64,000 nucleotides of DNA from Mytilus edulis (Eukaryota), in assembly GCF_963676685.1 (NCBI RefSeq), contig NC_092344.1, positions 66,774,001 through 66,838,000 of the forward strand. The letters run 5' to 3'. Positions 49,907 to 60,935 of the stretch are shown piece by piece. Position numbers and translations under genes: made by a program. Within the stretch, counting starts at the first letter, position 1, and each line of letters begins with the position of its first letter. A model generated the notes under the pieces. The model did not search any database, had not been told where the DNA came from, and saw only the letters and a program-made list of their open reading frames with translations.

Positions 49907-52738
49907 TCATTCACTGTCATCATGTGTACTGCGTATTTCCAACGGATAGAGCTTCACAATCGGACGGTTGGTGATTCCTGTGTCGGTCTTGATAACAGCT
50001 GATCGAATGAGTCCATCCTTTCCACGAACTAAATCTTGTACAACTGCTAATTTCCACATTATACGATTTGTGTCATTGTGTACTTGTACAATGTCACCTA
50101 TTTGTATTGTTTGTTCGTTTCTTCCAGATGTACGGTGAAATTCACGGAGTGACGTCAGATATTCGTGTTTCCATCTTGAGCGAAAATGGTTGATTAGTTC
50201 ATTATTTCTCTGTAACTTTTTATTGAGTTTCACGTGCAAATCTTCGGAAGTAGCACTGTCAATATTCTGTTCCGATTGGTTGTCAAGTCGACGACCATAT
50301 AAAAGGTGCGCTGGCGTCAGCGGTTCGGGATCTTTAATATCAGTAGAAATGTGAGTTATCGGACGATTGTTTAGAGTTCCCTCGATTTCGATTACAATTG
50401 TATTCAACATTTCCGTAGTGACACATGACTTTCCTAGTATTGCTTTAATTGACTTTTTCGTGAGTCCAATTAGGCGTTCCCAAAAGCCTCCAAACCACGG
50501 TGCTCGGTTGGGTATGAATTTCCACTCCGTTCCTTGATCGGCAAGTTTTTCTTGTATTCGGTTGTCTTTGTTTGATCTTGTAATCTTTTCGGCGGCTGCC
50601 TTGAAGGTTGTTGCATTATCGGACAACATAATCCTTGGTGTAGATCTCCTAGCGACAAATCTTTTAAAAGCAAGCATGAAAGACTCCTCGGTTAAATCTG
50701 TGACTATCTCCAAGTGTATAGCTCGTGTAGCGGCGCAAGTAAATAAACAAATATATGTTTTGCTTAATTCGTTGTGTTTTCCTTTTGTATACAAAGCTCC
50801 TGTGAAATCAACGCCGGTTACTGAAAAAGGATAATCGTAGTTGACTCGATCTTTAGGTAGCGGTGGCGGATCGGGTGCGCTGTAAGGCATTCCTGATATT
50901 TTAATGCATTGGACGCATTTACGAATTTGTGATTTTACGCATTGCCTTATTCTCGGTATCCAATATTTCTGTTGAATATATGCGATTGTACTGTTAAGTC
51001 CGGCATGTAAAGTCTTTGTGTGTGCATCCATTACGATTAAGGACGTAAGACTGTGGTGTGTTGGCAATAACAACGGATATTTAGTACTCTCCTTCACAGG
51101 TGCGTTTTGTATTCTCCCGGTACAACGTAGTAATCCATTTTTGTCTGTATATAGTTTAAGTTGTCGAACAAGTGGCACTTTTTTCTGTGAAGATGAATTC
51201 AAGCTTTCAATTTCATCCTTAAAAGTTTCCTGTTGTACTGTCATTATTAGAACTTTTAATGCTTTACATCGCTCCTCAACACTGATAAATCCGATTGACC
51301 GTTTATCTTTTGAATTCCGTATATTCTGTATAAAACGCATGACGTATGCTGTTACTCTAATTGCTTTTTCTAAAGATCTGTATCGTTGTATATCTATACA
51401 TGAAATTGTCTGTGTTGAAGCATTTGTACTTTTATCGTCTGTTTTTTCATCGCTAACAGTTACCATCGTGCTGCATTCGTCAATTTTCCTCGTCCATGTC
51501 GGCCAATTCTCACGATTTAAAATCCATTGTGGACCGTTCATCCATAAGCTGTTGTTATAAAGTTGTTTAGCGTAAATTCCGCGAGTTAGGTAATCAGCTG
51601 GATTGTCATCTGTTGGACAATAATTCCATTCAGCATTCTCTGTTAATTTTCTTATTTCTTTAAGTCGATTTGCTACGAACGGTTTTAAGTTTTTTGACGA
51701 TTTAATCCAACTCAAAACAATTTGACTATCGCTCCACATATACACATGTTCTGCTGTTATGACTTTAAGAAGATGCGTTGCTAATCTGGCGCCGATAAGC
51801 GCGCCCATAAGTTCTAAACGTGGTAATGAAATCGGTTTTACGGGTACTACTCTATTTTTAGCCATGACGATGATCGATGAATTTGCTGTAACTAAGTAAG
51901 CACAAGCTCCGTATGCTAACTGACTGGCGTCTGTGAAAATATGTAGCGACGTTTTCTCGTTAATTACTCCTTCCGTTAACATTCGTGGAAATACTATTTT
52001 GGTAGCCTCCTCGATATCTAAAGCTATTACCTGCCATTTACTTCTCAGTTCGTCGGACAAACATTCATCCCAATCCAACTTTGCCTTCCATAAAGTTTGC
52101 ATAAACAGCTTAGCTTTCACCGTAATTGGCGTGATTAATCCAAGGGGGTCGAAAATTCTAGATGATGTGCGCAAAACCTCACGCTTTGTTGTCATTTTGT
52201 CCTTTTCCATAAATTCAATCTGTTGAAATTTCAAATCGTCGGATTCCCTATCCCATCTCATGCCTAAAATTTTGACTATGTCGTCATTGTCGCCGATCTT
52301 GTCTCGTCCTGCGATGTTCTGTAATTCCGTACTATTAGAATTCCAAGACCGTAAGTTGAATCCTGCCTCTGACAATAATTTTCTTGACTCCGTGTAAAAT
52401 TTCAAAAGTGATTGTTTATCTGTAAAACTGGTCAGAACGTTATCCACGTATACATTTCTCTGTAATTCTGTTGATGTAGTTGACGGATTGTCTCTAAAAT
52501 GTTTCATTAGCGTGGCGCTTAACATGAATGGCGAACAGGTGGCGCCGAAAAGTACAACTTTAAACCGGTAAGTAATCAAACGGCTTTCTGTGTCCATGGG
52601 ATTCTCTAACCAATAAAATCTTGTGACATCTCTGTCATCAACATCTAATTCAATATGCAAAAATGCTTTTTCAATGTCTGCTGTAACTGCATATTTGTAC
52701 ATTCTAAAGCGTACTAATATCTCCGTCAAATCAGTCAT
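49907..52738 (-). CDS. BEL/Pao polyprotein, C-terminal part: RT, RNase H, integrase (frame continues from ~52845)
   Basis: ADIEKAF, FGATCSPF and YVDN (RT); FTDAS and PRLEL (RNase H); H..H..C..C, DFTG, SDNA and GGFWERLI (integrase). Confidence 0.93.
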   Translation of the reverse strand: MTDLTEILVRFRMYKYAVTADIEKAFLHIELDVDDRDVTRFYWLENPMDTESRLITYRFKVVLFGATCSPFMLSATLMKHFRDNPSTTSTELQRNVYVDNVLTSFTDKQSLLKFYTESRKLLSEAGFNLRSWNSNSTELQNIAGRDKIGDNDDIVKILGMRWDRESDDLKFQQIEFMEKDKMTTKREVLRTSSRIFDPLGLITPITVKAKLFMQTLWKAKLDWDECLSDELRSKWQVIALDIEEATKIVFPRMLTEGVINEKTSLHIFTDASQLAYGACAYLVTANSSIIVMAKNRVVPVKPISLPRLELMGALIGARLATHLLKVITAEHVYMWSDSQIVLSWIKSSKNLKPFVANRLKEIRKLTENAEWNYCPTDDNPADYLTRGIYAKQLYNNSLWMNGPQWILNRENWPTWTRKIDECSTMVTVSDEKTDDKSTNASTQTISCIDIQRYRSLEKAIRVTAYVMRFIQNIRNSKDKRSIGFISVEERCKALKVLIMTVQQETFKDEIESLNSSSQKKVPLVRQLKLYTDKNGLLRCTGRIQNAPVKESTKYPLLLPTHHSLTSLIVMDAHTKTLHAGLNSTIAYIQQKYWIPRIRQCVKSQIRKCVQCIKISGMPYSAPDPPPLPKDRVNYDYPFSVTGVDFTGALYTKGKHNELSKTYICLFTCAATRAIHLEIVTDLTEESFMLAFKRFVARRSTPRIMLSDNATTFKAAAEKITRSNKDNRIQEKLADQGTEWKFIPNRAPWFGGFWERLIGLTKKSIKAILGKSCVTTEMLNTIVIEIEGTLNNRPITHISTDIKDPEPLTPAHLLYGRRLDNQSEQNIDSATSEDLHVKLNKKLQRNNELINHFRSRWKHEYLTSLREFHRTSGRNEQTIQIGDIVQVHNDTNRIMWKLAVVQDLVRGKDGLIRSAVIKTDTGITNRPIVKLYPLEIRSTHDDSE

Positions 52739-52805
52739 AATTGGTGGATATGTTGCTAGGCAATCGTTAAGACAAGGACTACTGTCGTTCGCTCTACAGC
52801 TACAG

Positions 52806-55121
52806 TTATATACTATGCGTATCGGGGTGGTGACTGATTCCTTTTTTTACGGGATGATGCGGAATGTAATGAACCTTGTTTGTGCATGTACTTTCATCAC
52901 ATACCTTTTCAATGAATCCTCTTTGTTCTTGGTCTGTAATTATCTCGCCATACTTTCGGAACATCTCGGGATCCTTCTTAAGGCGACGAATAACGCTTTC
53001 CGTTCTGCGTTTTGCGATGTCTTCATTTGTCGGTAGTTCTGGCGCATTCTCTCTCCATGGTAATTTCGTAATATACTTATCATTTTTCTTCGTAATAGAG
53101 GTTTGTAAGTAATTTTCAATTGATTCAGCTAGGTCTGGATCATTTTGTTCTTTAGTGTCAATTCCCAACGATTCAAGCTTCCAAAATTTTTCAAGATCGC
53201 ACTCTTCTTGTTTGTGACATACTAGTATATTCATCATTGAGAAAGATGCATTACTGGCTCGTGTAGGGACAGGACCGGAAAGTAAATATCCAATTCTCGA
53301 GCTAACTGCGGTTGGACCGTTTCCACGCACTATTTTGTCTTGAACTATGTCCCAGTAAAAATCACCTCCAATTAATAAGGATATTTCAAATTGCTCTCCA
53401 TCCATGACTGGGTGTGCTAATTGTAGACCACGTAAATAAGAAAACTTCTGCGTTATTCCTATGTTGTGAGTTTGAAGTGGTGAAGCAATGGTTGGTACAA
53501 TTAAAACTTCAATAGGGATTAATTCTCCTTCGGTAGACTTAAGATTAATTGTTGTTTTGTCAAGATTTCTCACCTTTTTTGTAGTACTTCCAAATGTAGC
53601 TATACTTAATGTTTCAGAACCTTCTTTTTTAATGTCCAATTTAGCTGCTAGTTCTTCTGTTATAAATGAGCGCTGAGCTCCCTCGTCAAAGAGTATTCTT
53701 GCATCTATACATGTATTCTTGTGAACGACTGGACTGAATGCGGTTTTCAGTAAAACAGTGGACCTTTCTTCGCTAGCGGTATACAACATAGAAGTTTCTG
53801 TGTCTACTTTACTTTGTGATTGTTCAGTTTCAATATGATGTTTATTTGAGTACGAGTTCTGTTTACATAATGAAGAGTGATGCTTCCGGTGGCAACACTT
53901 ACACGTATTCTTGGATTTGCAATCGGCTATTTTATGCTTACCTAAACAATTAAAGCATAACCTCTTTTCTTTTATAATGGCTACTCTTTTATCGTGATCT
54001 GTGACATCTTTACATTCGTTTGGCCAGTGGTTTCCGTCACAATATGCGCATTGTTTCTTCCGATTCGAGTTAAATGATTTATCTGTTGTGTTTATCGGAC
54101 AGGTTTTATCTGTAGTTACTCGTTTAACGCCTGTTATGAAATTTGCGCTAGGGGTTGCTGTTGAATACGTCTGTGTATAATCTCCGTATCCGGACTCTTG
54201 AATAGAAATCTCTTTACCTATCGCGATTCTAAGCGATTGAATATTCCAACTGTCGCTCCCGTTTTCTCGTGTTATATTTTTTCGTACTTCATGCGGTATC
54301 TTCCCGAGAATTACTGGTATCAATAACGATCCGTACATTTCCTGACATTGTCCGAGAGACTCTAGACCCCGTATGTAGGCTTCCGATTTGTCATGAAATG
54401 TTCTCAAACTTTCTAATGTATCATGTGGTGCGGGTATATCAAGTAGTGCTCTCATATATGCATTAATGATTTTATGTGGTTGCCCATAGCGGTTTCTCAA
54501 TAATTCAATTGCTTTGTGATAGTTTGGATTTGTCATGGTCAATCCTGAAATTACGTTTGCAGTTTCAAATTGAAGCAATGAGTTCAAGTACGAAAATTTC
54601 TGAATGTCAGTTAATGTGTGATTGTGATGAATCGTGGTCTCGTATGAATCCCAGAAATATTGCCATTGTAGAATGTCTCCATTAAAATTGGGAAGAGATA
54701 GCTTTGGTAGGCGATGGTTATTACTTGAGGTCGAACTTGACTGAGATAATTGCTGACTTGTGTGAGTAAATGGGTTTGTGTACGGAACAAACTCTGGTGC
54801 GCTTGAATCTAGTATCGAAGATGCTGCTTTTGGTACGGGTTTTAAGAACTTTTTAAATTTTCGAATTTTACCCTCTAAATCTAAATAATACTCATCTGTT
54901 TCAAGAATTTCATTTGTTATATCTTCTGATTCGACTGCATTTAATATCTGTTCGTCTATAGAGGCTAACGTCTTCTTTTTCTTCTCAATTGCTTCGAGCA
55001 ATGTTGATACTTCCTCCGTGTCTATTTCTGAATCTCCGATGGCTTCCTCCAGTTTTTTAAAAACTTTTGTTACTGCTGCTTTGTTCCCCGCTCTCAAGGA
55101 TTTTAGTCGGCTGATGTCCAT
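52806..55121 (-). CDS. BEL/Pao polyprotein, N-terminal part: Gag, three zinc knuckles, aspartic protease, start of RT
   Basis: LPKLSLPNFNGD; CAYCDGNHWPNEC, CFNCLGKHKIADC and CKCCHRKHHSSLC; LFDEGAQRSFI; HYIPHHPV. Confidence 0.92.
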   Translation of the reverse strand: MDISRLKSLRAGNKAAVTKVFKKLEEAIGDSEIDTEEVSTLLEAIEKKKKTLASIDEQILNAVESEDITNEILETDEYYLDLEGKIRKFKKFLKPVPKAASSILDSSAPEFVPYTNPFTHTSQQLSQSSSTSSNNHRLPKLSLPNFNGDILQWQYFWDSYETTIHHNHTLTDIQKFSYLNSLLQFETANVISGLTMTNPNYHKAIELLRNRYGQPHKIINAYMRALLDIPAPHDTLESLRTFHDKSEAYIRGLESLGQCQEMYGSLLIPVILGKIPHEVRKNITRENGSDSWNIQSLRIAIGKEISIQESGYGDYTQTYSTATPSANFITGVKRVTTDKTCPINTTDKSFNSNRKKQCAYCDGNHWPNECKDVTDHDKRVAIIKEKRLCFNCLGKHKIADCKSKNTCKCCHRKHHSSLCKQNSYSNKHHIETEQSQSKVDTETSMLYTASEERSTVLLKTAFSPVVHKNTCIDARILFDEGAQRSFITEELAAKLDIKKEGSETLSIATFGSTTKKVRNLDKTTINLKSTEGELIPIEVLIVPTIASPLQTHNIGITQKFSYLRGLQLAHPVMDGEQFEISLLIGGDFYWDIVQDKIVRGNGPTAVSSRIGYLLSGPVPTRASNASFSMMNILVCHKQEECDLEKFWKLESLGIDTKEQNDPDLAESIENYLQTSITKKNDKYITKLPWRENAPELPTNEDIAKRRTESVIRRLKKDPEMFRKYGEIITDQEQRGFIEKVCDESTCTNKVHYIPHHPVKKGISHHPDTHSI

Positions 55122-55134
55122 TCTCTCCGTTTGA

Positions 55135-55147
55135 AGTCACGGCACCA
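55135..55147 (-). promoter_or_regulatory. Primer-binding site of the BEL element (tRNA-His)
   Basis: TGGTGCCGTGACT lies 1 nt inside the 5' LTR and is complementary to the eukaryotic tRNA-His 3' end (AGUCACGGCACCA). Confidence 0.85.
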
Positions 55148-58100
55148 ATGTAGATTATTGCGTTGCGTTGTGTATTTGATCGTAAGCTAACTAAGGCGTT
55201 AAAGATAGAACTACGTCTGCCATTATACGTTTCTATTCAATACAACATAAAGTATTACAATTACGCGACGTCACAAAGATAGCGGCCGTACCGCAAAAAG
55301 GTACGTTAATATTAGCGCAATTCTTAACAATGAGATTAGTATATGTAAGAGAATGATTATTCCTTTCTTCATGATTATGTACGAGCAAAATTGTTCGAAA
55401 AGGCTTTCAAAATTTTATAAATTTGCTGCAAAATGACGGTGGGCATGGATAACATAAACAAGCTCCGTTGGAAATTGGTCATGATACTATTTGGCTTCAA
55501 TTTTTAAAATAGAGTAATAAAGTACTAACACCACACATAACTGTTTTATCCAGGTTTTTATTATAAAAAAGTGTTAAATCAGAAAATGTTAGTATTGTCG
55601 CCTATGGCAGAATAAATAGTACCGTTTTCCCTACATATACTGAAGATAGCAAGGGAAATCAAAATTAATCAGACTTCAGTCATATTATACTATTTTGAAG
55701 CATTTGATAAGTACATTTGATTTTCATCACAAAGAATAGAAATTTTTAACTGAGAACAGTACTGTGTTGAGAAAAGTGCTGAGTCATCATTATAAGTCAA
55801 ATTGATGGGTACTGATATAAAACTTCTAGGATTTCAATATTGACCATATTGTATAAACTGCACCAAACTATTCTTCTTTTGTATTTGTTTTCACCTTTCG
55901 CAAAGATTAACTCAATTGGAAATCCCAGAATTCAAGTCGCGACAAATATTTTTAACCATATATTTGATTTTTTGCTGTGTTAAATTCCTTAAATGTATCA
56001 CTTGGGTATTTCTCTAGGCATAATATTTTAAAATAGGAAATTGTCGGGTTAAGTTTGTAATGTTATGGAGTAAGACAATATTTGGTCATACTAAAAGCAT
56101 TTTCAGTGTTAAAATTGTCTATTTAAGAAAAAAAGAGGCCCACCTGAGGCTAAATTTAGATAGAATTTGTACACTCCTGTGTAAAGAATTGCTCACATTG
56201 TTGGCAATACATGCAGCAAATATTTCAATAATGCTTCATTTGTCGTTTCTATCTTTTATTATATATCAGGCATATATAATTTGTCATTTTGTACTGTCTG
56301 AAAGGACTTTTGTTGGAAATTAATAATCCCAAGGGACATAATTCAGCTTTTTCATAGATTAATACAGGTAACAAAGGCATCTTTAAAGCTTAGTAGTTTG
56401 CATATTAAATATTTTAAGTGTCTAATATCTTTGTTTTCATCATCTCAAGACAGAAAAATAGATTTTATAGCAACCTCTATAAGTTTGCACCACAATATTG
56501 CATATACTAAAGCATGGAATGGAGATTAGTATGGAAAATCTTGAATTTGTACTTTTGTTGTAAATTTTGGATAAAATGAATACAAATTGAATGAAATTGT
56601 CATTTTTATCTGTTTTAATGGAACTGTTTATTATACTTTTTAAATGAGATAAGATATGACTGGATACAGGTTGTTTATTAGGCCTTATCTGAAAGAAGTA
56701 GAGAAAGAGGTTAACCAGCATGTAGGGGTGGGGACAAAAAATGATCCATGTTTCTTTAAGTAATGGGGACATAAAAGTATTTATTATAGCCAAGGTTTTC
56801 ACAATAACCCAGTATTGCATTAATAGTGTCATAAAAATTCTTTATAGCTTTATGTCACAGTATAGGGAAAACGGTACTATTACATTTTCCCAGCATTAGG
56901 TTGGCCTTTTGTGTACCCAAGACAGGTGAAGGAAGTCAACTTAGGAGCGCCGTGATTGGATGTAAGGGTACAATATATTTTTTTATTTATCTATGAATAA
57001 CTGCAGTGTTTATATTTACAATATAAATTTTAAAACCTATTGAAATATTTTCTAGAGAATTATTCGAAAAGGCTTTCAAAATTTTATAAATTTGCTGCAA
57101 AATGACGGTGGGCATGGATAACATAAACAAGCTCCGTTGGAAATTGGTCATGATACTATTTGGCTTCAATTTTTAAAATAGAGTAATAAAGTACTAACAC
57201 CACACATAACTGTTTTATCCAGGTTTTTATCATAAAAAGTGGTAAAATTAGAAAATGTTAGTATTGTCGCCTATGGCAGAATAAATAGTACCGTTTTCCC
57301 CATTTAACAAAATCCGCATTCTTTCCAGTCAAGGGACATAATTCATATTCACATCTAATGCAACAAACTAAGTCGGAGAAGGAGCGAAAATCCGAAACAG
57401 TATCTTAAAAAAACAGAAAATAGTTCCACGTGTGTGTCACAGGCACTTGTTTCTACGAGTAAACACACGTTGATAGTAGGGCTTCCAATGGATAGAAACA
57501 AGTGCCTGTGGTGTATGTCCAAGTGATCAATCTACTTGTTACTTACGAAGAAAAGAAATATAACTCCAAAAATTGTTGAGATTTTTTTAAAAACAAATTG
57601 TTGCAATAAAGAATACACAAAAAGTAACCTATTATCTTTAAAGGCCTTGCAGGTTCCTGTTACTCCTACCCAATCTACTGGTATTTTCAAAATGGCTGCG
57701 GGGGACGCGGCCTGATAAATTATTTGAATATTGTGTCAGATTAAATATTCCTGATTTTGCTTCGTTAATATTATAGATAAATATGATACAAACGGTTTAA
57801 TAAGGTTACTCCAAATCAAATAATTGAAATATAATTACCTTTCTGTGTATAATTGCATGAATTGATTTTCTCTCGTTTTTCTTCAAGCTCGCTCTTGCCC
57901 TCTTGATGAATGCGCATTCGTGGTATTCGTCCGCAACAACAATTTTTCGGTACGTCATTGATATTGAAGATCGTTTGATAAATGTACTATTATTTCTAAC
58001 GACAAAACATTTTCATATTATTAATTTCCATTTAAAAAAAAATAATCTGAGTATCCATTGAAAACATGAATTTAAAAGAAGCGATAAGGAATTTTATTCT

Positions 58101-60935
58101 GCACTTTATAATGTCCGCGGGTCTATAATTTTTATATGTCGGTTATCAAACCAAAACTAATTATATATGCATATCTATAAATAGAAAATTAGGCGATAGC
58201 AATACACCCGAGGCCCTCACGGTCCTCTGATGTAAAAACTAGCCGTCTAATAGATGATGGAATAAGAAAATTATTTCGTATGGTAATTTAAGTCGTGCAG
58301 AATGTAAAGTGAATTACAAAATCTAAAAGTCTTAAATACAAACTTGTAGAGATTTACTGATAATTTATTTCTATTATATGTACATGTACAAAAACCAGGT
58401 AAAGGGGAGATGGGTAATTAATCAATTATTTGCGTTTGTATTTTTGTTATCAATTAGTTTACTTATTTTCAGATACGTAATTCATTTACTTCTTGGTATA
58501 CTTGTTGTTTATTTCTGTGTATGAAAAAAGTACATTCACTTCCGTTTGTAAATGGTTTATTCATAGTAGGTCTAGAAAAGTGTAGAAAGAGTGAAATGTG
58601 TAAAATTTGATCATTAAAGAACAACAAAAAACCGGATTTCTAACATCTTATTAAAATGATCCATAAAACTTATATACACAAATCTTGTATGTGTCTTGTG
58701 TTTTATGCACGATGAAAACAGATAATTTTGCTTTTTGTTGTTCAAAACTAAGTGAAAAAAAAAAGTGTTGAGATCTAGGCAAAAATTCTCGTTTCTTAAG
58801 CATGACCTTATAAAGTAAATTAACTTGTCCCAGGTCACGATAGACCCTAAACATCAACTCAATTTTCAAGAATCTATGAACAAATATTCCTATTATATCT
58901 AGAAAAAATATATCCAACTAGGTAACACATCAAAAGACTTTCATGACGTGGCAATCCGCTATCTTTAGTCAAGTTGTCTCTACTTCTCCCCGATTTAAAG
59001 TCGGAATCTGCAGTTGAAAGTAATGCATCTTAAGCAAACAGGAGGCCACTCTTTTGACAAAAGTAAAAGTCCAGGAAAACTGATTGGTATTAACAAAATA
59101 AAATCAGCGAAAGGCGAAGATACAATTATGTCTCCCCAATTTTATATTGACTACTCTTCACCTTAGTTTACTGGACGTAAGTTGATTCAATTTTACTACT
59201 AGTACTACCCAAATGTATATATGAAAATCAATTAACTTTATAAATGGACCAAGGTAGTTTGAACTACAGATAAAAATATATTTAAACATCAAATGCTGCA
59301 TGAAAAATAAAAGATTGAGCTAAATAATGTAACTTTGCATGCCTATGATATGTAAAATAAAGAAATTTAAAAAAACTTATCAGCTGAGGCTATATAACAC
59401 CAAATAAACAATAGATACGCAAGGTTCGCTAGCTCCGGTAAATAAGACATTCTTTTAAATACAAAATTGGCAAACAAAAAAAAGGTATATCACAGTTATA
59501 TTATTTTTACTTACAGCCATCTAAAAGCGAAAAAAAAATCATTATTGTGAATATGAATGAAATGATTTAGAAAATTGAATAAATTGATCTATTTGTCCGA
59601 TTGAACTGTGACATGCATTAAGTTTAGTGCTTTAATGCATGATTTATTATTACATTTATTTGTCTAGTTAATGAACAAAGAGGGGCAAAAGATACCAAAG
59701 GGACAGTCAAACTCATAGATTGAAAATAAACTGACAACGCCATGGCTAAAAATTAAAAGACAAACAGACAAATATTAGTACAGCAGACACAACATATCTA
59801 TAGAAAACTAAAGAGTAAGCAACACGAACCCAACCAAAAATCAGGGCTGATCTCATGTGCTCCGGAAGGGTAAGCAGATCCTGCTCCACATGTGGCACCC
59901 GTCATGTTGCTTATGTCATTACAAATCAAGTAAATAGTCTAATTTGGTAGGTCACATTCGTGAAAAGGGAAGGGTATAGTAGTTACGGCATAAGGAACAA
60001 TAAATTATAAATCAACATCATTTAACTTTTAAATTACTAAAATCTGAACTCTTATTCTTTTTACTTAGTACTCGGTTGGTAAAATTTTTGCCCGAAAACC
60101 CAAATCCTGTATGTTGACAGGTTGACTTATGAGTCCGACTACGATAATCGTGCTCGAAATATTTATGACCGCAATGTCAGATGGTCGATGAAAATGACTG
60201 GCTCTTCGGTATTGCGATAAGCAACTGTGTGTTTCGAACAAATGATCGTCGTACGTTTTAAAAACCTTAAGATAGTAAGCTTGATATTTAAACTTATTAA
60301 AAACTATGTTATTCAGGTATATATTTCAATTCTCCACTGTCGCTAAAAAAAAGTTAAAACGACCGATTTATATTAGTTTATTAAAGACAACAATAGCTAT
60401 AGTATACCGCTGTTCTAAAGTCATCAATCGAATCAGAGAAAACAAATCCGGGTTATAAACTAAAACCGTGGGAAACACATCAAATAGAAGAGGAAAACAT
60501 CGAAACAACAGAAACACTGACGTGCAACAAAAAACAAAATACAATGCAACATACAAAGAAAGATAACAACTGCCATTTTCCTGCACAAGCTGCAACTAAT
60601 ATGATATATTTTTATTTCTGGAAATGAAATACTTGTGTTAATGAGATAAATGAGATTGAAGAACGCCTCTGGGTGAGGGAATTTCTCGCTACATAATAGA
60701 TCTGTTGGTGACCTTCTGCTGTTGTTTTTTTCTATGGTCGGGTTGTTGTCTCTTTGGCACACTCCCCATTTCCATTCTCAATTTTATTCAATTTAGGAAT
60801 ATTAAATATTTAAAATGAAGTCATCGATGATGTGATTGGTGGGATATTGTTGTCTTAAACATGTTTTAAACTTTATAAACAACTATTGTTATGACTTATC
60901 ATTAATGATTGTTTTTTTTTGGTAGTTTATGTTAA

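Larger units (their letters stand above)
49490..55329 (-). mobile_element. Full-length BEL/Pao LTR retrotransposon
   Basis: 181-bp TG...CA LTRs at 49490-49670 and 55149-55329, identical by eye. The 5-bp TSD ATGAG is at 49485-49489 and 55330-55334. The empty site ACACATGAGATTAG is present in spacers 2 and 3. Confidence 0.96.

Noticed and set aside
52835-52855. Canonical -1 ribosomal frameshift
   Set aside because: The downstream ORF is in the +1 frame and the break lies inside RT, not at the gag/pol boundary.
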